DNA of 64,000 bases from positions 16,606,722 through 16,670,721 of the forward strand of contig OZ037766.1 in NCBI GenBank assembly GCA_964035545.1. The letters are read 5' to 3'. Within the stretch, counting starts at the first letter, position 1. Every line of letters begins with the position of its first letter. This document shows positions 48,601-61,200 of this stretch, one piece after another. The notes under the pieces are model-generated. The model was not told the origin of the DNA, did not search any database, and saw only the letters and a program-made list of their open reading frames with translations. A program made the translations under genes and the position numbers. This DNA comes from Bugula neritina. Lineage: Eukaryota; Animalia; Bryozoa.

Positions 48601-51600
48601 GCTCTATTGAAGATCATTACAAATATGTTTGTGATTACATACACGTTTAAATATTTTCATATCATAATCTAAATTAGAAAGGCTGAGGATTACATAATTG
48701 GAGTTGAAATGCTGATTGGTTTAAGTAGGCTTACAATAAAGATGTAGGCCTACTGAATTTTGGTTTTAGCTGGTCAACTCATGGTTTTTGTAGCAGTCAG
48801 TTACAGCATATGTTGTACCTTAGAACTGTGGTTGCTTACATGTTGTTATTTATATTTTATTGGCAGATTCAGCAGGTGCTGATGCACAAAAGTTTGACTA
48901 CAGAGATGTCCAGGTTTAAATTTATTTTCTATTAAAAAAAATACTTAAAACCGAAGCGTTCTATATTATTCTATTGATTGAGTTTACAGTTTTAGTGTTT
49001 CTTAAAGTTTGTCTGAATTTTGCTGGTGTGTTGAGCTTATAGCATGTGTAGATATTTAGCTGAAAACCTACACTAATACTATGCTGAGCTAGTCAGTTGA
49101 TTTGTGGGTTGTACTGACTGCTATCCACGCTCCCTTACATAGATTCCTGTCCTTGGTTCTTTCAGAGGTTTAGGGGCATGATTCGGGATCAGATAGAAAC
49201 AATTAAATTCACAGAGCCTGAAGATTTGAAATTCACTTGCAAGGTAATTTTGTTTTAAATTGCTTTACTGTTAGTCTAAGATTCATTTTAGATGTGAATC
49301 TCTTTATGTGTTTGTGTAAATTTGACCTGAAGTTTGGATTGTCAAATTTACTATGTAGTAAATGTTGGTTTTCATTTCTGTATTAATTGCTTTCAATTGT
49401 AGTTTATTGACTGCAATTCTTTGTTATTGCATTATGTAGTGACATTGTGCCATCACATAACGTGGCCTTGTTTTATTGTTTGAATGCTGTGTTACAGTGC
49501 AACTTCATTATTAACTTTGAGTCTTGACTTAATGTTAAGGCTTAAAGCAAACAAAGAAGATATTCCATTTGTTGAGGTTTGTTTTTTGCAAAATGTTGAA
49601 ATATTTCTTGAAATTGTAATTTTAATTTATGCTTTTCTTCATAAAGCAATTGAAGTTTTGTTTATAAATTTACTTTATGTTCACAAAAATCTGACATTTG
49701 TTTAATGTTCATTTCCGTGTTTTGTTGTTTTGAATTTGTGTATTTTTAGTAAATTTATCAATGTGATAAGTTTTTTTTGTAGATTTGTTGCACATCAAGC
49801 CCACCTACATTTGATTCTCTATCCAGCTACATAGAACATGTTGAATCTCCTCACCATATGCGAGTAAGTATATTTTATTACTCATTGATCTTGGTATGAC
49901 TAGTGGTAAACAAACCCATGTACAGTGTGTGGCAATTTAAATTTGTGATTAATTGCAATAAATAATTTATAACTTGGTTTTCAGTTTTGCTATTCATACT
50001 ATCCCAACATACTATCAATTTTTTTTTTTCAAAATTCTATATGTTGTTTATTTCTGTAGCACAGCAAACTTAACGTTTTTGTAATCGCAGTAGAACTACT
50101 TTCTTGTTTCTTGTTATTTTTAGCATGCTAGTTCTAGTTATTTTTAGCATGCTAGTTCTAGTTACATAATATGCAACCCTCAAATAAGTTAAAATACTCA
50201 ATCTTTGCAACTTCAGATGGTAGACCAGGCCAAATATTTTATAGGTATATTTGCTATATATTTTATAGACTTTAATTCAAGTTTGTCAAGCTAGTAATAT
50301 TTCAGTATTTTTAGTATTAGCAGTATTTTAGTACTGCCTATATTAGCCATGAGCTTTCACATGTAACTACCCTATTTGGTAAATTGGCTACTTTACAAAA
50401 GCTGCATCTAATTGGAGTTTTTCCCCCATTTGTTGAAAACAAAACCGACTGCCTGCTATTTTTCTCTATATGTTTTTAGAGTTTTTCACTAACATTTATC
50501 TCTGTTGTGGTTTAAATACTCATTTTCATTGCTCTTCTGCCAAAGTAGTGGCTTTCATAAAATGTTGAATTTATTTGTTGTGGAGAGTTTGTTTTCAGAT
50601 TCAATGTGCCTGTTAAAGGATAGTCTGATTTAGTCACACGGAGCATAGTGAAATTCACTCTATTATTGTCATAAGTAATAGCTCATTTTTTTTTCTTTTA
50701 ATTTATCTTTTTAAACTTTGTGTTTTAGGCACTGTTCTTTAAGATTTCAGCCTTTTATACAGAGGGATTTGGAAACCTCGTGAGTATTCTAGCTCTATTG
50801 TAAACCAATCTTTTCGTTGTTAACCTCACCACTATTATAGTCAAACTTGTATTTTTGCCATACATTTAGTTTGTTGTTGGCCATATAGATATAGGCTACA
50901 GAATCAAGCTTATCAAGAAGAGTAATGGGACAAACAACTTCAAATCTTGTGATAACTAATCCACCCTGCACTACTTTGCCATCAACTACATCCAATTGCT
51001 CTTTGACAACCTGCTGTTATAATATATCATGTGTCTGTTTTAGATTAGAATAAATGACTACAACAATCTAAGGTACTTTTGTGAGGTGAGATTACTTTTC
51101 TAGACCAATGACTATGTTTACACTTTTCTTTTTTGGCAATCACTCTGAAAATGACTAAATGTTTCTTTGAGAATTTAATTGTGCAATGAAATTTATAACA
51201 TGTTCTTTATATGTAATCAAGACCATATATGTATGAAAACATTGAAAGCCAGCTAAATTAAGTTGGCTAGTGGAACTTTTACGCATTATATGTATACTCA
51301 TTTTATTAATCACGCAAAGTTTTGCACCCTAATCATCATTTGGAAATGAGATGTTTTTAATTTCTATAGATCTGTCCAATTCGTCAGCCAGCCAGTACTT
51401 TTGAACCCAATACTCTTCAAAAACATCTTGCCTCTGCCGAGCACAAAACTAATGTCCAGGTATGTTTATCATTCAATTTTAAATTATTCAAAATTTGTTC
51501 TCAAAGGTATTATACCAAACTAAATTGAGACTGCAGAATCCTCTCTCAACCTTTTTTGCTATGCATAGTTAGAATCAGCACATAAATTTATCTTCTACAG

Positions 51601-54600
51601 TAACTTTTAAGGAATTTTGAGCAAACTTTAATTTTTGGTTACAATTTTTTGATGCGTACTGAATAAAGTATAATGACCCAATTACAGCTGCCAAACTTTT
51701 GTTTATTGCCATTGTGACTATTACAATAGTTTGAAATTCCATCACCATTTATAGTTATAATAAGGATTTTGTAATTGACAATTCTTTGTTCTGAGTAATT
51801 AAAAGAAATTCATAATACTTGAAGGGTAAAAGTTATCAACTTGTAGAAAAGGAATAATAACATAAACAAGTTGACAAGATTCTTGAACATCATTTTTGGT
51901 CTAGTAATTTGTTTTTTTTTTCAGATAGAATGATTTTCTATGAATATTGTAGTTGAAATAATGTTTTCTGTTCTTCACTAATGTCATGTTGCAGATTCTA
52001 TCTAATATCTGTTTGATGAGAGATTGTAAAACTCACTGCCTTTGTCCATTGAGAATGTCTAAAACAGTAGACGCTGCTGGAGACAACAATGAACTCTCAG
52101 ATTCAAAAGTTGGTAAGTCAATTTCAATTTAGTCTATCCTCTATTTTTCAAGGAAATTTTTTCTATACTTTTAAAAGCAGTTTATTATGTTATTAGATTA
52201 TAGGTTGCATAGATCTATCAATACTTTTCAAGTCTATAATAATATCAGTAATAGTTTTATTTATTTTTTAACATATTTTTTGTTGATTGTGTTAATGAAT
52301 AACAAAAAAACATGTATTAATTTGTTAGGCATAACTAAAAATTTTCTTTGGATAAACTTGACTATTGTTAGACGCAATGCCGTGATGCAAAACAACTGTT
52401 ATATGTGTACTATTGTTCACATTTTTAAACTCTAGCAGTAACTCCTTCATTATGAAATTTGGTCAACATACTCCATGACAGCCGTTTACATACATCATAC
52501 AAACATCTCTACATATATTTAAATATGTTTTACCAATTGGTTACAGAATTAAAATCATTATCAGTAATTATAATTATAATCATAATAATTATTTAGAAAT
52601 AAACCCAATCTACTGTGTTAAATTTAAAGTTCTATTTAAGCTTCATTGGCATTGTGGTAATCCAAGACAATGTAATAATTAATTTTTATAATTTTCATTA
52701 GTATGAATATTGCTAGTTTATGTGTTATATAACTCACTTAGTTAGTTATTGTGAAAAACTCAACTCAAATTTGTAGTGTTTACATCTTTTTATATTACCA
52801 AGCAAAATTTTCATTTAAACTTCAATATGTTGTAGTGAAAGATCCTAGTTCTACTTGTCCAACAGCCGCTGCAGAAGTACTTTCTAAAGCTGTTGAAGTA
52901 AGAAATAGTTTTTGTGTTATTCTTAATTTAAATGTTTGTAGTAGTTAACCTGACAAGAAAGTAGTTACATGTTATACAATACTCAAATGTCTTTTTTGTG
53001 ACAATTTTTTATTAATATTTAGCCTATTTACTCTACTTGAATTTTTGTTGCCTTACAAGTGTGTCATGTTGAGTTTTTGTAAGCTGTGTCTGATTATTGT
53101 AGATGGTCAAGGAAAAGTGTGCTGATGAGGAAGCAAGTGGGACAGATCAGCCTAAACAGCTAAAGATTTGTCTCGTAAAAGAGTCCACAGGTGACAAATC
53201 AACAGCATCTGGTGGTAGTATTGTAACCCATCTTACATCTGGCCAGCCGTCTAGCACTACATCACTTGCGCCTCACCCAGGAATGTCCAAGGCAGAAACG
53301 AATTCAACAACATTTAGTGCTATGAACGAATTAGGAGGAAGCAAGTCTGAATCAGAACATTCTAGTACAGCGAATTTAACTGATACTATAGCTGGCCCCA
53401 ATGTCAAATGTAATGTTGACAAAAGCTCCCAATTGTTGATTGGTCATCTGCTGAAATCAGATGATAAAATTGTTTCACATGCAAATTCTGATTTAGATTT
53501 GCAAAACAATCTAGAGAAAAAAAGAGAAGATGAATCTAAATCCCCCAATGAAACTAGACATATGTTACGAAGATCATCTTCACCCAGTAGTAGTTCTAGT
53601 GTGTCTTGTAGTTCTTCAAGTAAACGATCAAGAGAGAAAGAAAGTACATTGAAAAAAAGAAGTCATAGGCCGAAAAGAGAAAGATCGCGGAGTAAAATTC
53701 GTTTGAGTCATAGAAGGTATCGATCTAAGCATACACGATATAAATCTAGAGGCAGTGAATCTAGATCTGAAAGCAGGAACTCTAGATATAAAAGCAAACA
53801 CTATAGATATAGAAACAGGTACTCTAGATCTAGAAGCAGAACATCTAGATCTCGAAGCAGGGTCGCTAGATCTAAAAGCAGGAGCTCTAGGTCTAGAAGC
53901 AGAGACTCTAGATCTGGAAGCAGAAGCTCTAAATATAGGTACAAGTATCAAAACCGAAAATCCAAATATAGAAATAGAAGATCCAGGTCTAGAAGTAGAA
54001 GACGACAGCACAGGTCACGTGGTAGATCAATTTCTTCGAGTCGCATGTCTCAATCTAGAAGTGCAAGATCTAGATCTATATCTAGTAGTTCTAGATCTAG
54101 GGGTGCCAAGTCTAGGTATAGATATAGATATCGAAAATCTAGATCGATAAGTAAATCTGCCGAATCAAGTGATAGTTCATTGTTGAGGATGGTTAAAGCG
54201 AAAAGTCCTTCTTTAGAAAGTAAACCAAAAGCACAATCTTTTGTCAATGTCAGACAAGCTAATCAAGCTTATGAAAGATCAAGTTTATCTCCATTGTCGC
54301 CGTCTGAAACTGGCATTTCCAAGTCTCCACTTGGTGATAACAAGTCCGGCTCATCTACTTTTAATTCTGTTCACAAGTCTACTATATACAAATGTGGTGC
54401 TAAAACAGTAAGTTTGAGTGCTAAGCAAGTTACGCATAAATCAACTAAAACAAGCTATTTGTTTTCTAAAAGCAAAAAATCAAATAAAGAAAGGGATTTT
54501 GATGATGACACTAGTCAATCTAACTCACCTACGTCGAAGCTAATTTCCAGCAGTTTCCCTTTTTCATTTAAAAGCACAATTTCAGACCGTTTTACCTCAC

Positions 54601-56732
54601 CGCCGGTGTTTAAATTTCATCAAGATTCTACATTTTGTCCAATCTCTTCTGAAGGACAACAATTAGCATTGCGATCATTGTCCCCAATGTCATCGGATGT
54701 AGTTTCTCAAACTGTGAAAAACGCTTGGAGATTCTATTGCGCTCGTTTCCATGATACTCAATCTTTTAGTTCTGACATTGTTCTACAAGCTCAATTAACC
54801 TATCTCAAATCTTACTCTGGATTTTTTGCCGAAGATCCTAAATTTGAACACTTATTTCCTAGTTTATTAAAGCCTTGTGACCTAAAAGATGCAATGCAGA
54901 AACACTTGAAGAAGTATTTTTTGACTCCTGAAGTTGTAATGCAAGCCAGAGCTGCCAGTGGTATAGAATCAAGTAGTATTACTGCATGGAGGCAAGAAAT
55001 GATTCAAGATATTATGCCAAGTAAAAGTAGCAATAGCAATGTTGATGCTGCAGTTGGTATCCAGTCGCTCATTCAAGCAGGCAATATTCCTCAATTATCA
55101 ATAAATGGAAACAATGTTTATGAATGTAGTCCAGTTTCTATTCAAGAAATTCCAAAGATTAAAGATTTGGGTTCGCCAAAAACACACACCAATATTTGTC
55201 CTGGTGATGTCTTTCCATCTTTTAATATGAATCGCTCGGTGGAGATACCATTCTTGAATGACAGTTCCGAATACCCTCCACCTCCAGCTTCACTCCAAAA
55301 AAATCATTTCGGAGTGAATGAAGATTTGTCACTTACAAAGTCTTCCACTCCAGAGCTTCCAGCATCTTCGATAATTGGGAAAAGTGATGGCTTCGAAAAG
55401 GAAGTCATCATGCATAATAATGCAGTTAAGAATGTTGAATGTTTAGATGGTGAATCCTTTCCCGATCAATCCATGAAATTAAAGGAGAGATCTGAAGTAA
55501 TAGAATCGATGTTAGTCAACTGTTTGTATGAGGAGGAAGAACTACTTAGTAAAGCTTCTTCTCAAAATGCTAATACTAAAGCTGACCAAGGTTCATCATC
55601 TTCTCTTCAAGTATGTCCATTGAAATTTATAGGTTTTTTTATAATAAAGCTACTTTCTTGAATTCTAGTCATAAACTAGCCTGATTAGAAATAAAACTAA
55701 TTTTTGAGAAGTTTTACCCTCCCAGTAAATGCTTTTTATGATATAGTGTGGCTATTTAATTAGTTGTACCCCGAGGTCTGATTTTTCCATTTTATTCTTT
55801 TACAGGAAGACATGTGTGTGTTCATTTCTAAAATTATTGAAGGCATTATCAGGATGACATCATTGGTAAGTCTGACATACATATGCCGTACATATAGTAT
55901 AAAATGGTTCTATTGTTCAAATTTTATTTGCAACATTTTTGAAATGCTGAATTACAATAGTGCATTTATAAGCTAGTCCAAAAATGTTTTAGACCTGGAA
56001 ATATTTTGCTGTCTATTTCGTGCACTGGATACAACAACTTAGTTGAGTCCATTGCTAATTTTAATCCTATTTTTTATACAATTATTTTATGGGTTTATGT
56101 TATACTAAACAATTTAGTTATAATCAAGGCCATGACTTTAATCAACATAATTGTGGTAAACAACATGGTGGCTATAACTCCTAATTTTGAAGCAATAACT
56201 CTCTAATACTAAAGGCAGGTCTTTACTTCTACTGTTATCATTACTACCTAAGTTTGTTCCCTGCTAAATATTTAAAAATAAACTTGTGAAACGAAATAAT
56301 TCTAGTGTTCTCTTGGGTAAATTTAGGGATTAAAGTGAGCGTATTTTTAATCAATAAGTTTTAAAAATTAATCTGACTTTCAAACTGCTGGTTGACCATT
56401 TTCACTTAATTAGCCAAATAACATTTGCAATTCTATTAGTAAAACATTACATATTTAAATTTTATTGGTTTTTTATGTTGCGTGAAACAGTAAGGATACT
56501 AATATTGTAGTTGGAAGAATCGGAGCTGAGAAAAGAGCAGCAGTTAATGCATACTCGTATGGTAACGTCAAGTGGACATATGCTCATAAGAATGGCGCAA
56601 TGTCAACTCAACAATCCCCAGATGTTGGCATCAAATTTTCCAGCAGCTGACGCTGAAGCAATAAATATGTTGGCAGCAATTGATGAGCGTGTCATTGAGC
56701 TAATTGCTGGTACACCCCTACTTAACAGCTAA
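42673..56732 (+). CDS. Large (~1677 aa) protein with four U1/matrin-type zinc fingers and an Arg/Ser-rich domain; probably a nuclear RNA-binding factor
   Basis: 22 GT-AG exons in consistent phase: 42673-42694, 43201-43573, 43917-43962, 44408-44462, 45267-46063, 46594-46701, 46961-47029, 47566-47610, 47912-47953, 48204-48278, 48441-48483, 48867-48913, 49166-49243, 49783-49863, 50729-50779, 51044-51085, 51370-51459, 51995-52112, 52836-52897, 53103-55610, 55806-55865, 56511-56732. Fingers are CSVC..HIETLSH, CELC..HVKSEAH, CKIC..HVESPHH and CEIC..HLASAEH. The RS tract is at ~53620-54150. Confidence 0.8.
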
Positions 56733-58297
56733 TCATGTAGTTGCTTCAATTAATCACAAAAATTGTTAATCTGTCAGTAGCTTAATAGTTAGCACAGCAT
56801 TTTAGCTAAATATTTCTATTAGAAACAAACCTGTTTAGTTCATTTTCAAGTTCTATTAATTTTCTTTTCAATTTCTTATTTATGCTTTATAATTTTCAAA
56901 AGTTACTCTTCACTGTCCACTTTCACCATGCGGTTTTTGTTCAATGATAGGAACAAAATATAACTGCTGCATTCCATTATACAAGACAGGCTAGTTATCA
57001 ACATTTTGCTCACACGTTGCTAATATTATAACAACAATAACCTGAAAAAGCACCCGCCACCCGATCATGAAATGCAGGAGAAAGGTGAGAAAATAATCTA
57101 AAAAAGCAAGATGGCGTATTATTGTTGAGGCTGCCTTCTGTCTTGACTATATGGACTCATTGGTACTAAATAATGACTGTCAGATCATGGTCATTCAAAT
57201 GTTCTTTTCCCCTTATTTGCTAGTGCTACATATTGCCTAATAAATATGATGTATAATCATTCTATAAATAATGGAATATAATATATGCATATTACATATA
57301 AACCAATGACCTGGTCATATTTTCATTTATTTTTCTTAAATAGAGTTACTTGCTCATGCTACTCAATTAAACTTGAACTATAAATTTTGAGCAGTAGATG
57401 CTTTCCATGTGTCCCTGTTGGTTGATTTTAATTAAGATTTGTGCCCACCATGCCAGCACATCTTTCAACCTGGTTATTAACAGCACATTCATAGCAAATT
57501 TTACATAAAACCCAAACTATGATATATAAAATTGTGTTTTCATGAAATATAAATGTGTATGCTTAAGTATTGTATCACGGATTAATTTTTAAAAAGAAAA
57601 ATGCTTCTTCTGGTATATTATACTGAAAAAAGCCAACCTGCAAGGCTTTTTGTGCTACTTTGTCTATTGAGCAATGGCTGCAGTAACAACTATGACTTGG
57701 TGCTGTCATCAGTCCAATGACTAATCAAACGGCATAGGAAGTTGATCACCTATCATGCTTGAAAGCTGCAGTCACTAGCCCCACTAGTCAATTGATATAT
57801 CTACTATAATGGTCAGGTATGAGTAATGCAGCATGGATGCACAATTAACTTTTTTTCCAAGCTGAAGAAAACGTTTCATTACATTTACAATATAAAGGTA
57901 GCTGGCGATAATTTTCAATGAAATGTCAATAAATTCTAAGATATTTTCCAATTTTGTACTTGAAGCTTTATGGCATTTTGATTCTAACAAGACATTTTGT
58001 TTATTTTAAACCCTCAATTATGTGAGCAAAAAACTGTTTAATTCCAGATAAACGACCTCCACCAATATATTTCATTTAGATGACTCCCAACTGGATGACT
58101 TGCATTTAAAGGCAACTTTATTTAACAACATTAAGAGTTAAAAAGATTAATGATATTTGATACTAAGTTGCAGTTATTTTGGTTTTATAAGTTATAGAGC
58201 CCATATGATTGTAATTTTTAAGTCATTATTGTACAGTTTTGAAGCTACGCTCACAAGTGTCTAGCTGAAGACATGTAAACACGCCATATGCAGAGAT

Positions 58298-61200
58298 CTA
58301 CAGCTGAAACCATGTGCTCCTGAAATAAATTGTTTTTTAAGAAGCATTTTTGTTGCAAGTAAGAATTAATTCATAGTTTAAAGTAACCAAACATATTTAA
58401 ATATCATCTGCACATATATTAAATAACAATACTTGGGGTCGTTAAACTGCAGAATTTCAACTAATGATCCCTGAAATATTTGAGGTCGTCTCACTGGAAT
58501 TTGGTCATTTAAACGGGGAGCGTCTATCTGGAATGACACTATAAAAGTTTGCAAATTATTTATAAATGATTCAAAATTTTCATAACCAATTAACTGCAGT
58601 AGATGTAGAAGTGTTTTCATGAACTGATATATTTATTTCAACACATGATGAGATCCACACTAGTCAATGCATAAATATTTTAAATGCACAATATAACTTG
58701 AAAAGGTTTGAAGTTAAGAACAATTAGCTTTAAAGGTATATTACATAAATACAAAGATCAAAACTGCTGTCGTTTTGTACATTGATAGTTTCATATACAA
58801 AATGGGCATTTCGTACACAAAATGAATAAAAAATTAAACTCCAAATTCCAAGCCCCATACATCAAATAAAAAATTATAAACATCAAAAAATATGTGTTTT
58901 ATGTTGATTTGTGATATTATTTCAGCTATCGTGAAAAGACAGAACGTGCTCGAGTTAGTTGATAAACGTAAGAGGCCGAAGCCGTGATTTATTACCACAA
59001 TATATATACACGAAAATACTAAAACTATTACAATAAGTGATACAATTAATTATTAAGATTATGACAAAAAATAGTAAAATAATAAAATAACAAATTAGAA
59101 ATAAATGTTTACATGAACACCGAACATCTCCCACAGAATAGAAAAAAGCTATTTAGATATGATTGTTTTAAGAGGGCACATAGTCTGCCATCCAACTAGG
59201 TGGCTTCCGTTCTCTGGTTGAACGTCTTAGATTGTCGCTATGATTGGCGCTCTCGGTGGTGTCAACCTGGGTACTACTAGCGTTTTGTTTAGGATCCTTT
59301 GGTGTCTCAGGACTCGCTGGCTCCGTGACGAGTGGTCTGATGTCTCGCCGGTTTCTCCGAAAGAGGTTGTTGTTAAGTTGTATGGCATAGGCTCTGCTAC
59401 TCAATTGTTTGTTAATTTGCGCCTCCTGCCATTTTCTCCGGTGCTGACTCCAGTCTCGAACCAAAACTGGTTGCCCTTCTTTCAGCACTGCCAAATCTCT
59501 TGCACCGTCATTGCATCTCTGCTGCAGTTTTTCATTGCGGCCCTGCTTTTCCCACCAACCTTGGTTGTTCTCTGTTTCTGGCCGAACTTGTGGGAGTACT
59601 GACCTGGTGGGTCTTCCGATAAGTTGCTGAATTGGGCTGGCCGTCAGGCCTTCTTTGGTGGTGTTGAGATGTTCCAGTAACGCAAGTTCGGGCTCTTCAC
59701 ATCTGCGGAGTATACGTTTGGCTATCTTCACAGCAGACTCTGCCTTCCCATTGGACTGAGGATGATATGGAGAGCTGGTGGTGTGTGTGAAATTCCATGA
59801 TTGGCTGAAAGTGGAAAACTGGTGCGAGGTAAACTGTGGTCCGTTGTCAGTGTGAACCTGTCTGGGTATTCCCAGGCGTCCAAAACAGCGCTTTATGGAG
59901 TTGATAACAGCCTCTGCTGTTTGGTTGTCCAGTCGGTCATATTCAAGGTAGTCAGTCGTATAGTCAACAATAGTAATGTAGTGAGTGTGATTGTATTCAA
60001 ACAAGTCAATTCCTACTTTGGTCCAGGGTTGTTGGGGAACTGTGTGGAGTAAAAGTGTTTCCTTCTGTTGCCGGGGAGCATCCAGTTGACATTGTCGACA
60101 GTTAGCAATATTGTTTTTGATGTCATTGGTGATGCCAAGCCAAAACACTGTGTGGCGGGCACGTCTTAGTGTGGAGTTAATCCCATTATGGCCGGTGTGA
60201 AGTAGTTGGAGAAACTTTCTCTGGAGTGTCTTTGGAATAATGGCTCGTAGTCCTTTGTAAACAATGCCATTGTCAATAGATAGTTCGTCCTGAAAGTGTT
60301 TGTACTTGTCGTGAGTTGTGCAGTTGGCAATGTTCCAGTCATGTTTAATAAGGTTTGTCAGTGTCATAAGTTCATTGTCCTGTGCAGTAGCAGTCCTAAT
60401 GTTGTCAATTAAGTCGTCACAAACAGGAGCATCATTATTTTGAGAGTCAATGTGAAAAATGTGTTCTGGTAGTTGTTGATAGTTGGGGGAGTCAAAGTAT
60501 GAGTCTCTTGAGAGTAAGTCAGCCGTGATCTGTTCAGCACCCTTTTGCCAAGTTACCTTAATGTTGGGGTATCTTTGTAAGTGAAGAAGCATAGCCTGCA
60601 ACCTCCGAGATGCCTTATGAATGGATTTCCTGAAAATAGATACAAGGGGTTTGTGGTCAGTTTGGATAGTGACAGCATGGTGACCAAAGATATACTGGTC
60701 AAAGCGTTCAGTGCCAAACACTATGGCAAGGCACTCAAGCTCTAGTGGCACATAGTTCTGTTCCGATTTTGTTAAACTGCGAGATGCATATGCTACAGGC
60801 TTGCCTCCTTGCATGAGTGTTGCACCCACACCAGCATTTGAAGCGTCAGTTTGTATAGTTACTGGCTTGTTGCAGTCAAAGTATTGTAGAGTTTCTGAGT
60901 CAGTTAGTAAGGTCTTCAGTCTATTAAAAGCGTTCATTTGGTCGTCAGTCCAGTGAAAGTCTTGAGCATTGTCTTGTGTCAGTAAACGTCGTAATGGTTC
61001 AGATTCCGATGCTAGGTTGCTAATAAATTTTGACATGTATGTGATGTGACCAAGGAATCGTTTTACTCCCTGTGGAGATGAGGGAGGTTTCATCTTAAGA
61101 ATGGCTTTTACTTTGTTAGGATCTGGTTTAAGTCCATTAGTTGTCAGTATGTGTCCAATGTAAGGTAGTTCGTCCTGAAGGAAGCGGGATTTTTCCTTGT

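Noticed and set aside
50114-50163. 24-bp tandem duplication in an intron (similar small duplications at ~13315 and ~18870)
   Set aside because: Ordinary local slippage duplications.
50217-50244. Candidate 28-nt micro-exon in the zinc-finger gene
   Set aside because: It would break the frame between flanking phase-0 exons and has no other support.
53628-54247. Overlapping alternative-frame and antisense ORFs (LDLEAG repeats)
   Set aside because: By-products of the palindromic TCTAGA repeat inside the RS exon.
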